Shown in pieces: positions 1-12,700 of a stretch of DNA of 64,000 bases. Source of the stretch: Vicugna vicugna (Eukaryota). Where the stretch lies: positions 7,688,302-7,752,301 of the forward strand of contig MU058065.1 of assembly GCA_013265495.1 (NCBI GenBank). Reading direction: 5' to 3'. The notes beneath the pieces are model-generated. The model saw only the letters and a list, made by a program, of their open reading frames with translations, was not told the origin of the DNA and ran no database searches. The position numbers and the translations under genes are program-made. The first letter of the stretch is position 1. Each line of letters opens with the position of its first letter.

Positions 1-1019
1 CTTTCCCAGGCTCTCTCTGTGGCATCCCATCCTGTTTCACTTTCTTTACAGCACTCACCCTGACTTGACATTCTTATTTCTTCAATCCAGGCCACCCTGC
101 GGACGGGTCCTCCCACCATCAGCCCCATCAGTCTCTCCAGTAATCCTCGTGTCTGGAACAGAGTCATGATCATAGTCGATGTGTGACAACATTCACACCA
201 TACAGAGCTCAGCATCAGAGCCCAGGTGCTCCAAAGCCCCCTCCACACTCCCACCACCCTCTTCTGCCTTAGTCCTAGTCCCAGAGGATCCCTCTTCCTC
301 TCCTCTTTGTAGCGTGGAAAGCTGTAGACCCAGAAAGCTGTCACCTCTCTGGGTATAATTCCTTCTCTGCCATTTTCTCGCTGTGAGCATGTCTGTAAAT
401 TACACAACTGCAACTGCAAACATGCACATGACAATACAAGGATTCTCAGGAGTAAATGAAATAACTCCACGACTGGGTCTGGCATGGATGCAGCCATCAG
501 TGAACGTGAATTGCCTTGCACTTTTCTCCTTGTTTCTTTCCTCTTCTCTTTTTTCCTTCCTGATAACTTAATTCTCTGCTTTTCTCCCAACCTTGACTCT
601 CTACTCATAAAGATTCTACCAGAGTTTTCAGCAGGATTTACGTCCTTGAATTAGATTGACTAGGTAGGCACGAATGCCAGGGAAGTTGCCTCTTCTGAGA
701 TGAAGACAAGCTTAAGGTAGATATTCTGATCAATGTCAACAGCAAAACGCAGGAGGAACCCAGACTTGGGGGCCAGAGGGGCAGGCAGTCCGCCCAGTCG
801 TGATGTTCAGGAACATGTTCAGAGCAGCAGGTCTTGAGATCCTACCCTGCTTACTCTGGAGGCCACTATGTTTGCACAGTTGGGCAGGTAGATTTGAAAA
901 TATTTATTGCACCAATGTGAGGTGGAAGAAAGAATCCAGGAATGGACATGAAGACGTGTTTCCACTCCCTCCCCCATCCCTCCCAGCTCTGCCGTTAGCC
1001 GGCCGCTGGGTCTAGGAAA

Positions 1020-1115
1020 AGTCCATTCAGCTCTCTGGACCTCAGTTGCCCTCTGACAGTTCAAGTGAGACTAGAAGGCCTTGCAGGTGTCTTCCAGCTC
1101 TGACATGCCATGGTT
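1020..1115 (+). mobile_element. MIR/MIR3-type SINE fragment
   Basis: ctctctggacctcagtt...gactagaaggccttgcaggtgtcttccagctctgacatgccatg resembles the MIR core plus MIR3 tail (recalled consensus). Confidence 0.5.
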
Positions 1116-3544
1116 AAACCCGACCAAAATGTTTTTTTCTGCAGCCATTTTAGAAAGGTAGTGAAAGCAGAGAGTGATAGAAGCTTAGAGAAGCATACTT
1201 TTCAGGGTTTTGTGTTTTTGTTTGGTTTTTGCTCTATTCCTAATCATCTTACTTATCTACAACACAGATTCTGTTAGGCTGGGATTGGTGTTTTCACTGC
1301 CCTGGGTGGGTGGACTTGTACTAATTTGCGTGACTGTCTGAATTTTCTCCAGCCAACTTTGCCAGCGTCTCACTTTCTCTCTAGAGGAAGCTGTTCTCAG
1401 CACACAAGAGCTTGAGATTTCTCCGTGGTGCCTGTAGATGGACTTGCCTCTTTTCTGCTATACACATTGGAAGCCACGGCAACCTTCTCTGTGCCAAAAC
1501 CGCTTACTAATTAATACATTTCACAGGGTGAATGGAGTGCTGGCACCACCGAGAGTCTGGGGCAGCTCCCAAAGCCACGGCCCTTGCCCAGTGCCCAGAA
1601 AGAGCCCTGCATGGAGACAGTCAGTGCCAGATTTCCTCCAGGCCAGCATCTCAGCCTTCTCATTTGAACCCGGGAATGAGTCGCTGCCAGCATCCTCTGG
1701 TGCCCCTGGCTGTGATTCTCTCCTTCACCTGCTTCCATTTCCAAGGAAGCACAGGTCACGGTCCTGTGGCACCTGATCTATTTTTCATTTTCCCCTTCTC
1801 TGGGCAGAATGATGGATTGGCTCTGGAAAACCCATTAGGGAAGGGCTGGGCTGTCTTGCATTTCCGTCAGGCCTGTCCAGGTGACATTGAGTCAAGCCAC
1901 TGAGAGCCATTTGGCTGCAGGAGCATCTCTGTGGGGCACCATGTTTATTTGGGCCGCTGACCCTGGCCTTAGAGAAAAAGATGAAGGATTAGTGACACTC
2001 ATTGCCCAAGCCCCTTCCCCCATCCATCTTCACTAGCAACTTTTTGGAGCCTCTTTCATTCATTTGCAGTTTGCTGAGAAGCACCCAATGTCCCTGATGG
2101 ACCAGCCCACTGTATCCTGCATTGTAGGTAGCATCCTTTCTTACCTGTCTGTGCCAGGCCAGCCTACAGGCACAAGTCTCCAAACTTCCCGGTTTGAGTG
2201 AGTTCCCAAATTGCTGGAAAGCCGGAAAAAGGTCAGAAGGATAGGGGGCCAGAATGATGAGTCTGTTTTTATCGTAGCGTTGGTTTGCCTAGGGAAGGGT
2301 GTTTTGTTTTAACCACCCAGTGGTTGGCGATTGAGCCTGCAGGCTGACATGTTTCCCTCTCAGCCCTTCAGATAAAGCCCCAGCTCTGCAGGGGTGGAAG
2401 ACGAAATTTTCAGCTCCCTTAATAAAGATTGGACCCTTGTGTTCGATCAGCTCAGTCTTACACAGGAGAGCAATTTCTTTCCCCTCTGCCTGTCACTCTT
2501 CTCACATCCTACAACCACAGTTATCAATGGTCTACTTCTTTCCAAAGGCCCGACCCAAACCTCGCTTTCTCCATACCATCTAGCCCTCTACAGTTCCCTG
2601 CAATGTCTCTTCAATATTTTATTTTCTTGTGTCATTCTTCAGATGATTATGTTACCATAATTACCATTTAACTCTAGTGCATTTAACCTCCTCATCTGCT
2701 CTGCTGAGTTTCCAGCTCTTTTTGTAAGACACCGTGCCTTATATATCTTTGCATTCCCTCGAATGGCTGGAAGAGAGCTGGCCACCTCATAAACTATTAT
2801 TAAATATGTCCTAGTTATGCCAAGACAAAAATATTGGCTTGCTTGGTACTTACATTTCTTCAGGTAAAATAATAAATTGACTTTCCACTTCAAATCAGGC
2901 ATATTCATCTCAGACAAGAGGCCAAATTAGGTGTTAAACACTGGTGAATGACCCAGAGCTAGGAAGATGTCCAGGTGCCAACTGGGAAAATCTTGACCAA
3001 GCCAAGCAGGGGCTGCCAGTGCCTTCTTTGTGATAGCAAGGCCAGCCCCATGCTGAACTAATGAACTAATACCTCCTTTCATACTGCTGCTGACGTATCA
3101 AAGAAGCTAATGGTCCTATCTCAGCTGACTCATTTTGCTGGGAGCAACGCATTCATATGGCAGCTCTTAAGTTGACCCACACCATGCCTCCACCAAAAAA
3201 AAAAAAAAAAACAGAAACAAAAAAACAAATAATTACATTATGTTTTCAAACTAAAGAGCATTAAGAATAACTTTTCATTTTCTTGGCATCTTCCATCTGG
3301 TTTTAACTATAACTTGTTTGTGACATCAAAACTAAACAAAACAAGACAAAAACCCTAAAGTATGATGTCAGAGAAAGTGGGAGAGACATTCAGAATTTTT
3401 CAAAATATGAAAATGGCCACCTAATCTTCCATCTCCTCTTCTCAGCCTGTGCTAGAAACAAATAGCTTCTTTATCTCTAAAATACTTCATTCTATGTACA
3501 AAGTGAACTATTAAACTCAGCTAATGCCAGAACTTGGATATCAA

Positions 3545-3620
3545 CTCAGGGTCTCAGTTTCTTTATCAGTAGAATATGAAATTGGACTAGACACTATCTA
3601 AGGTACCTCCAATCCTACCT
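3545..3620 (+). mobile_element. MIR/MIR3-type SINE fragment
   Basis: ggtctcagtttctttatcagtagaat...ttggactagacactatctaaggtacctcca matches the MIR core and tail. Confidence 0.55.
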
Positions 3621-6600
3621 TGTTTTCATTAAAGGTTCTCCTTACACTTGCTAGTTTCTCTTTACTCTTTTTTGGCATGGTTTGGAAAAGGAAAGTCTCC
3701 TTAAAGTTTAGTTGTGGATAAGGTCCATGTTACAAGGGAAAACAAAAAGAGACACTGTGTCATCAAATCAATTCCATAGGCACCAGCAAAGGTGAGGGAG
3801 GTAGTGAGGGTACAAATTAGAGTGAAAATTATGTTCTGTGTTCTGCAGAATTGTGAAATAGGCAAAATTGTCCTAGAGTCCTGCACACACAACTCCAGTG
3901 CCCATACCACCAAGATTCATTTCCCTATACATTGGAATAGACCAGTGCCTGGGAAAGGATGATCCAAGTGGAGGAAGGGAGGATGGTAGAAAGAGCTAAG
4001 GAAATGGCTCCAAAACTGGGTCTTAGCCTAGTGGACCTATAAACATTGAATAGTGCATGTTGAGAAAAAAGCTTTAGGTTGACCATTATCAACTAAGAGT
4101 CAACAGTTAGAAAGAGTCTTCCTGGAGCTGCTTTGTGTCTCCTACCTTCCTTCTTCTTTGAGAGCAGGTGTCATAATACAGAGGGCAGTGTGGTCTAACG
4201 GAACTTCACACTTGAGTTGGACCTGAACTGCAAGCCAGAAACTGCCACTTCCCTATTCTGGGCTTCAGATTCACATCACTAATATGGGCTTGAAGATGAA
4301 CTTGATTTTCAAGACTCACCCAAGTCTTGTACATTGCTTCGCCAGGAACGATATTGTCCATTCAGCCAGAACTGCAGGGTGGAGCAGAAACAGAGACAAT
4401 GCTGATTATGCTCTATCACCTCACCACCAATTCCTGCCCCTCTGCTTAGTCAGACAGCACATCAGACCTATTTCCTGGCAGCTTTTCCTCTTGTTTCAGA
4501 ACCTACAGTGGGAAAGTCAGGGACAACGTGAGGCCTTCTGTGGGTAGTACTGTTTGCAGAGACCCCTGTGACTTGTGCCAAATGTTCCCAGACATTCCCT
4601 GGAGGCAGGAATTCAGCAAGCAGCAGATCCTTGAAGGAAGTGTCCATTGTCCATACAGACATTTGTGTGGCCATCTGGATCTCCTGAAAATATTAATGAG
4701 AGACAGTGTGCCCCACCTGAAGCTCACAGCAGATACACTAAATGAAGCTGCTTCCCTAAAGGTTTGGGTTTTCTAGAAAAGCAACTTTCACTCACTCAAT
4801 TCCCTGTCATGAAGTACCTAAGAAACTTAAAGAACAGGGTTAGAAATGGCAAGGATGATTGACGAACAAGTAGACCCCTGCATCTGTATATATGAGTAAC
4901 CCTGGCTTAGAAACCAGAGCACACCAGGATTCTAGCCTTGAGCATTTTTGTAAAAAGCATAATAAATGGTCCCTCTACCTTACAAGAAATCAGAAAAAGA
5001 AGATATGACCTAATCAATGGCAAAATAAGATTATGGCCTTCTGCATGATAGAGTTGCATGAGTTAGATGCTATATCCAACTGACCAATGGAATTTTTTTC
5101 TCAGGAGAAGTGTCAACCTGCTTTTAGGTTGAGAGTTGTGCTGCTCTTAATAGGGTCAGACAGTAAAGCAAGATGACTTCTATGCCACTGTTGCCTAAAG
5201 GAGAGAATGTCTCATGGAAAATGTTTTGTCAGGTCCTGAAACCTCATCAAGGTTTTCTTCAGTGACAGTAGAATGGAAGAAGGACCCATTCCACGTTGAA
5301 ATAATTGAGGAGTATTTAAACCTACAGTCTAAACACAGTGATAATGATTTCTTCAGTGTCAGGTTTTCCGACCAAAGCCATGTCTCCTATCTCTTTCAAG
5401 AATCCTCTTTTCTATGAACTTACTTTCACTGATGGCCAAAATGAGAGCAACTGTTAAAAAGAGCAGACGTGTACATTTTCTTCAGAATGAGTTTAAAAGC
5501 CAAGGACACCTGGATTTAAACTGTAATATCCTGACGTCTTCCTGCATTACTTATAATAGAGATATCTGCATCTTGGGAGGAAGGAAGAATAAAAGAGTGA
5601 GGTCTTCTGAGTCATGGAGAAGTGGATGAGGATCTTCTGGTGGATTTTCACTAGGAAACTCTCCTGAGGAAAGATGATTTGTCTGGACCTGCCCCAGGCT
5701 TCCCATAAACCTCTTCCCTAAAAGAGGCTGAAATTGTGACAACACAACTCTGCCTCTAGTGTGTGGAGATGACTTTAGTTCTGGGTGAATCCTGCAGATC
5801 CTAGAGATGGAAGGGGTTTTAGAGGTTTGCTGACCCATGTCCCTTATTTGCTTTTTATGTGAAATTTACCTGATTTCCCTAAGTTCACACAGACATGTGC
5901 CAAATACAGATCTTGACCTCTGGTCTTTTGGTTCCCACTCCAGACCACAATATCCAGCCACATATACTTCCCTTGAATATTCCACTTTGTTTCTGTGCCT
6001 TCTCTTCTGAAGAAATCTCTACTCTCAGTCTATTCTCTAAGTGCCTGTGTCTTATGCCTTCTGACCCCATTCCCAAGCATAATTGACTAGGCCAGAATGG
6101 ACCCTTGACCCAAGGACAGTCCATCCATGAACTGGAGAGAGACTTGCAGCCTGACTCAAAGTAATAGGTGGACCCTACAGAAGCTTTGTACAAGGAATCA
6201 TCACTAAGAGCTACAGAGGGAAGGAAATGCTGGGCTCTAGACCTAAGCCAGGCAGTCCTGTGCATGGGGCAGGAGGTTTCTTCTGTGATGCGAGTTAGCA
6301 GAGAAAGCCTGCCAGGAAAGAACAGAAAATGGAGCAGCTGAACAGGACATTTGGAGGAGAGGAGTGATTTCCTTCTGTGTTCCACCTGAGATCTGGTTTA
6401 TATTTCTGGCATGGTATCTTTATCTTGGTATTTCTTACTTGTCACATCTAAGCCTCGGTAGGTCCTCCTTCTGATTGGTAGGGCATGGGCCCAGAGGTTC
6501 TCTTTTGTTTTCCCAGCTTACCTAGCTTCCAGGGTGTTGACACTTCAGGCTGCTATAGTAAGAGGTAGTTCTTGGCCTTATAAGATGACATTCTTACCAA

Positions 6601-7029
6601 AAATAGAAAGAAAGCCACATAAAATGACATGTGTTTACCACAGTGTCCCCAAGTATATTAGGCACTTGTGGTGTACCATTCCAAAATCCCCGAATTGGCC
6701 CCACCTCTTTCTCCAGCCGTTGCTGTGCCAACCAGCAACATAAAGGCTTTGAATGGCTTTGTGTGGACACACTTGCTTCAGCCCTGTGCTTTATTACCAC
6801 TCACATCCTGTTCTGGCACTGTAGGGGTGGGGCAATGGCAAAACTTTTGTTTCCCTGGAGCATACCCACACCAGAATGCAGGAAAATTAATGCATGCAGG
6901 GCTGCCTTTGACTGAAAAGAAAAGGGAATTGAAATAATTCATCTCCATTTTGTCCCCTATACAGGTCCTTCTATTGTACAAGATTCTTCCAAATGTCCCA
7001 CCAGCACCAAGTAACAGTCACCTATGGTG

Positions 7030-7188
7030 GTGGCCATCTCTTTGGCAAATACTTGAATTGCTTTTTATCCCTCCACATTTCACTTCCCTTGCCCTGTTCT
7101 CCTGCTCCTTGGGATAGCACTCCAGAAACTACCTGTACTCAAGTATTTATCTCACACTCACTGCCCAGGGATCCCAGGCTAAGGCACT
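7030..7188 (+). mobile_element. LTR16-like ERVL LTR, 3' part
   Basis: Ends ...aaactacctgtactcaagtatttatctcacactcactgcccaggg...atcccaggctaaggca, like the LTR16-family terminus (...ggaacccaaactaagaca). Confidence 0.65.
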
Positions 7189-7294
7189 GAGGAAAGTTAT
7201 GTTTTTGATCCTTGATCCTGGTTAAGATAATCATACACTCTTGAGGATAGTCACCCAGAGCCAACATGGATCTGATCCTGTATCTATGTATTGC

Positions 7295-7879
7295 TGTGAT
7301 GGTTAATTTTACATGTCAACTTGACTGGACTATGATGGGTGCTGAGACATTAAGTCAAACATCATTCTGAATGAGCCTGTCAGGACGTTTCCAGATGAAA
7401 TTAGCGTTTGAATGGGTAGATTGAATTTATTCAGATTGCTCTCCCCAAGGTGGGTGGGTCTCATCCAATCAGTTGAAGATCTGAACAGAAAGGCTGAGCA
7501 TGAGGGAACTCCTCTTGCCTCCTTGAGATGGGACATTGGTCTTTTCCAGCCTTCAGACTGGCACTGAAACATTGGCTCTTCTTGAGTCTTGAACCTGCTA
7601 GCTTTCAGACTAAAATTTACACCATCCTGGTTCTCAGGCCTTCAGATTTGGACTGGAACTAAACCATTAGCTCTCCTGGGTCTCCAGCTTGCCTACTGCA
7701 GATCAGGGAGTACTTAGCTTCCATAATCACATGAACCAATTTCTTATAATAAATCTATCCCATATATATGTATATAATTTATATGTATATAAATAATTAC
7801 ATATAGATATATATGTATATATAATTTATTGGGATTCTCCAGAGAAGCAGAACCAATAGATTATGTATGCATATATATG
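7295..7879 (+). mobile_element. MLT2 (ERVL) solo LTR; terminal segment in inverted orientation
   Basis: Starts tgtgatggttaattttacatgtcaacttgactgg; contains gtgggtgggtctcatccaatcagttgaag and the aataaa signal. The expected 3' end (ctattggttctgtttctctggagaaccc) occurs as a reverse complement at 7831-7860. Confidence 0.9.
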
Positions 7880-7887
7880 TTTGTTTC

Positions 7888-7889
7888 AT

Positions 7890-7928
<39 letters not shown>
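7888..7928. repeat. (TTTA)n microsatellite
   Basis: About 10 direct units. Confidence 0.95.
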
Positions 7929-7929
<1 letters not shown>

Positions 7930-8166
7930 GCATTTTGACCTGACTCCTAAGAATCCTAACATACCAACAGCCTGTGACCTTTTCAGATGACAGACAATCC
8001 TAAAACACTCCTAAAATGCTTAAACTCTTTCTCTACTGTCAGTTTAATACACAGCAGGAACTGGGGAGCAAACAAAGAAAATCAGATAGAAAGAAACTAA
8101 ATGCCCTCTGATATCCATTGTCCATTCCCCCGGGCTAGATGTTTGTGGAGGTCAATGATTGGTTGC

Positions 8167-8619
8167 TGTATTCATTCCCTAGGGCTGCCATAACACATTA
8201 CCACAAACTAAGTGGCTTAAAACAACAGAAATTTATTCTATCATCGTTCTGGTAGCTAGAAGTCAAAAATTAAGGCTTTAGCAGGGCCATGCTCTCTCTG
8301 AAGGCTCTAGGGGAGGCTCTTTGCTTGCTCCTTCCTAGCTTCTGGTATTTGCTGGCAATCCATGGTGTTCCTTGGCTGTGGCAGCGTGACTACAACCTCT
8401 GCCTCTGTCTTCCCATGGCCTTCTTCCCTCTGTGTGCCTCTGGGTCCAAATTTCCCTCTTCTTATAAGGACAACAGTCATTGGATTAAGGCCCAACTTAA
8501 TCCAGCGTGACCTCATCTTAATCTGATTATATCTGCAAAAGCCTTATTTCCAAATAAGGTCGCATTCACAGGTTCTGGGTAGACATGAGATCTGGGAGGA
8601 CACTACTCAACCCATCACT
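8167..8619 (-). mobile_element. MLT1C-like MaLR solo LTR
   Basis: tgtattcattccctagggctgccataacacattaccacaaactaagtggcttaaaacaacagaaatttatt...ttccaaataaggtcgcattcacagg is the antisense of a near full-length MLT1B/C LTR. Confidence 0.9.
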
Positions 8620-9284
8620 GAGTAGGCTCAGGGAACAATTGGCTATTCTCTGCACCTGGTGAGGTGAGGACAACATTGTGGTAAAAAGGAGGAGAGAGGC
8701 TCAGGAAAATGCAAATGGAGCCAAGCCCTTTTTGGTAACGACTGTGGTCATAATACTAGACCCAGAGGAGATCTGAGGCTGCTTGTAGGTCAGTCTCATG
8801 CTTGGCTGAGATGAGGTAGACCTAATAGCCACTCCTTTAAGGAAATGTCTCATGTCCACCCAGGATACAGAGCTTCAGAGACCCTGACTAACATGTCCTG
8901 AGTTCCCCTGGAGGGTGCTCGCTGTGCCTGCTTCCTAGGAGGCAACATTAACAATGACTTTCTATTTAGGAAGTTTAGGAGTAAATATCCACAAATAAAT
9001 GGGGAAATAGGTTAAACAAGGAAAACAGGTAGCTTTTAAAACTGAGTCTTGTCGAAGGCCTAACGGAGCCCTTGAGGAATGTTGGAGGACCTTTCAGGGG
9101 AGGGAGAAGCTTGGCTGAGAGCCAACGATGGCATTATGAGAGAAGAACTCCCAAGAGCATCAAGAGTGTTCCCTTCACTCACTGGGAAGACTTGGCAAAT
9201 GCTTTCACCCTTGGGATCAATCGTATTGAAACAGGAAAGATCTGAGCCATCCTATGGCCTGTGGTCCACTGTTCTGTGATTTGA

Positions 9285-9402
9285 AACTATAGCCTCTTTG
9301 AAAGCAAGGGCCACATCTCTCTCATTTGCTTTTGGGACCCCAAGTCCTAGACCAGAACATGATACTTAGAAGGATATCCAGTAATTAACTGTTGGATGAA
9401 TG
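9285..9402 (+). mobile_element. L2 LINE 3' end
   Basis: tatagcctctttgaaagcaagggcca...tagaaggatatccagtaattaactgttggatgaatg resembles the L2 tail. Confidence 0.55.
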
Positions 9403-9514
9403 TTGGGGATGAACTGGTTAGACTGAACAGAGGCAATTCATCTCCAAACCACAAATTGGAACCCCGGAGCCATATTTTCCACCAGGGGTAAAAGATACAA
9501 ATGGTATAACATTG

Positions 9515-9630
9515 AGTATTTATTGAATAGACATTTATTAAGCACCTTCTATGTGGGACACATTGTAAACAATGTTGAGAGATAGAATGATGTGAAACTT
9601 GTAGCCTCTGCCTCAATTTGTTAACATAGA
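9515..9630 (-). mobile_element. L2 LINE 3' end (antisense)
   Basis: atttattgaatagacatttattaagcaccttctatgtgggacacattgta resembles the antisense L2 tail. Confidence 0.55.
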
Positions 9631-10574
9631 ATGACAAAAATAAGCTAAACCCTCTCAGATACTACATTACTTGAACATAAGACTTTAAAACTTAAGAATA
9701 AATTTTTTAAAAATCTCCTAACACTTGTGTGACATATAAGAGAAAAAAGCTACTCTTAAGATAATCAGAGAAGGCTTCATTGAGAAGCAATGCATTATCT
9801 CAGGAAACTAATAACCATTTATAATATTAGACTTTAGAATATCTTGGAATTTACTGTCTTGAGGAAACACACAGACTTAAGAATGACCTTTGAAATATAA
9901 CTAGTCCTTGAGTTGGGGATCATCCTACACTGCTCTTTCTCAGAATTCAAGGTAATGCCATGTAGGAAAGGTACATTCCAACAGGTTAATTTGAACAACA
10001 CTGTAATCTTGAAATGTGCAGTGTATCCAAAAATCATGGCCAAGGCCACCAGTTCCTTTCAGCTTGGGGATCATCGGTTGTAATGTCAACTTAACCTCTG
10101 AGAGATGATAGTAAAATATGTTTTGGTGTGAATTGCTTCTATCCGGTGTCTTCTGTAGCCTTCAGGGAAAACTATTGGTCCTCTTCAATCCAATTGCCTG
10201 TTTGGCTATATGTTCTGAAACCAATACTCAATGGGAATTCCCACAGAGGGCTTACAGGGACCAACCACCCTCCCTTAAACTCACTGGAGATTGTTTAAGA
10301 TCTGAAACTCTCCCTCAGGAGCCACAATTAAATTAGGGCTTAAAAGGACCTGGATTCCACTTCCTAGACTACAGCCATATGGTGCCTATAGTCAGTGGAA
10401 CCAAGAAAATTACAGGCCAACCATTAGCTGCCATGTCTTCTATTTCTTGTTCATTGGCTCTTTTCTGCATCTAATAGATATGGAGCACTTACCATCTGTT
10501 CAGTGCTATGTGAGGGAAGGAGAACCAGCCTGGAAAAGGGAATCAGTGACTGGTATTTAATGTGAATACATGTC

Positions 10575-10965
10575 ACTCTTCTAGTTACAAGAGACAGAAA
10601 CTCAACTCAAACTGACTTAAATGAATAGAGACATTCACAGAGTCATGCAACTGAAAAGTTCAGGCACGGCTCGACCCACATGCCCAAATGATATCATCAG
10701 GAATCTTTTTGTCCCCATCATTAAAACTCCAAGGCCAAATGTGCAATGGAGAAATCTGTGTACTTTACCTACCCCTGAACCAGTAAGTATAGTCAGGATT
10801 GTGGGATGTGCTGATTGGTCAGATATTAATCATATGACCTTACTTGGACTTCACATACCCTGAGAATGGGAGACAGGTAGTTTCTCAAAGGAAAATAAGG
10901 GAGATATAACAGTAAAAGTTGGAAGGTGATTGCTGGGAGGCAAGAACAACAGGTGTCCACTATGG
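10575..10965 (-). mobile_element. MLT1J/K-like MaLR LTR
   Basis: acaagagacagaaactcaactcaaactgacttaa...tgctgattggtcag...tgctgggaggcaagaacaacaggtgtccacta is the antisense of MLT1J/K. Confidence 0.75.
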
Positions 10966-11279
10966 AATGTATCAGAGCATTTTAGTCACGGCAGTTCCTA
11001 CAGCTCTGAATAGGGCACCTTGGGGGTTCCACCATCGTTATGAGTGACGCCTCCACTGACTCACCCACTTAGACTCTCTCTGCATCATCCTGCCTAATGC
11101 CATTGTGACTGGGAGTGTGTATCAATCCTCAATCCAAGTTCAGAAGAAGAAGGGCTGGAACCTAGTTCATGAACAAAGCCAGTTTCCTAAGGTCCCAACC
11201 TGCCTCTAGGGTGGCAGGGCAGGACAAGTTCCAGGAGCAGCTACCATGACCTCAAGAACCTGCCAAGTGTTGGGATTTG

Positions 11280-11330
11280 GTTGCTGTGATAAAGCACAAA
11301 TGTTATAGGAGTGGAGAGCGGACAGTAAAT
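11280..11330 (+). repeat. 51-bp dispersed direct repeat, copy 1
   Basis: 46/51 identical to 12650-12700 by manual alignment. Confidence 0.9.
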
Positions 11331-11986
11331 CAAAAGTCCCAAAAGAGGATCTCAGCCAATCTAGACCTCTCCTGGGCCCGGCCTCACAGCCTTACTTTTC
11401 CAACTAACACATTGGGCTACTTTCTCATACCCCTTGCGTCAGATACCAAAGTTGCCCGTCTGCTCTCACTCCCTAATTCCAACCTCTTTCTCCAAATATG
11501 AGCCTTTTTTTCCTTACCCCTCCTGGTACAATCACATGTTTCCACCCGGAGGAGTGAAGCGGTTTGTTGCTGTTGCCCTTGCTTTTCCCCATGCAGTTAC
11601 TTCAGTTAGAATTTGATGTCTTCAAGCACTGGGGAGGGGAAAGATATATATAATTAGAAAAGTAAATAATGATATAAAAGCCCTATTACTGAGGTTTTCT
11701 GGATGACTGTTCAAGTCAGAAAAACAATAGTGCTCCAAGGACGGAAATGAGCCCACACATCAGAGGACGGAGACAAGGAACTGAAATCATGGAGCAGGGC
11801 AGAGCCAACTCAAACAGCAGGACTTGACGTCTTACGCAGATGAAAGAGTAAGGCACTTAGGTGGGACAGAAGCCAGGGATGGCATTCCTGGTGACTCTCA
11901 GCACCTCCACATCCCCAAAACACCTAATCTGTTCCATCTACAAGGCTGGCATGTGAGCTTCGTTCTAGAGCCACATGCATTCAGAT

Positions 11987-12069
11987 AGATCAGGACCTCC
12001 CCAAGCTCACCACCCCCTCATTGTCAGATCAGGACCTCCCGTAACTCACCACACCCTCATTGTCAGATC
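11987..12069. repeat. 39-bp tandem duplication (about 2.1 copies)
   Basis: agatcaggacctccccaagctcaccaccccctcattgtc versus agatcaggacctcccgtaactcaccacaccctcattgtc; 35/39 identical. Confidence 0.95.
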
Positions 12070-12649
12070 CTAAGGGGATCTTAGGAAAGATTCTGAGGAC
12101 TGATGTGATGGTGTTCTTCCAGTATCCCTGACCTGCTTGAGAAGATTTCACTGGTTGCTTTGTAGTTCTTCAATAATTCCAATTCATTGTAGGAAAAACT
12201 TAATTTGCAAGAAGTAAAGTTCAAAAGGGCCAAACTGATAACTCAACTTCGCAGGTAACCAGAATCAGACTGTCCTCAAAAATCTTCCGTCGCCCTGGGA
12301 AGAACAGACGAAAGTGTACATAATATAAGCAGTGGTCTGCCCACAGGCTAGTGACCAGCTCTGACTTCAGAGATGGATTTTTTTTTAAAGTCATTATGCT
12401 CTAAAAGTTTGTTTCTGCATGACCTCAATATGGCAAGTTAAATAGTGGAAAATTCAGCCAAACCTCCTGATTGTTTTATCATGAAAGCCCAGTTCTAAAG
12501 ATGAGCACAAAGCATTCACTTCAGGAAAATTCCATCTTATTCAGCAAGGACTTCTTCAGCAGTTAGGGGGTGCCCATACAGTGCCAGTCCCTAGGAGCAG
12601 TGGAAAACATCTGTGTTCTAACCACAACCTTCAAGCCACTCCTAATTCA

Positions 12650-12700
12650 GTTGCTGTGATAAAGAACAAGTGTTATAAGAGTGGGGAGGGGACAGTAAAT
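12650..12700 (+). repeat. 51-bp dispersed direct repeat, copy 2
   Basis: 46/51 identical to 11280-11330. Confidence 0.9.

Noticed and set aside
1194..3365. Imperfect ~37-bp inverted similarity (catactt..agggtttt.gt.tt..tttgttt) between 1194-1230 and 3328-3365
   Set aside because: Mostly low-complexity T-rich sequence, needs gaps, and does not extend into the flanks.
9350..9570. Tail-to-tail L2 ends, the arrangement that gave rise to miR-28/miR-151-type hairpins
   Set aside because: The arms are too divergent and over 100 bp apart, so no pre-miRNA-sized stem can form.
11987..12069. Short repeats considered as a CRISPR-like array (also 60716-60783)
   Set aside because: Head-to-tail duplications with no spacers, in mammalian DNA with no cas genes.
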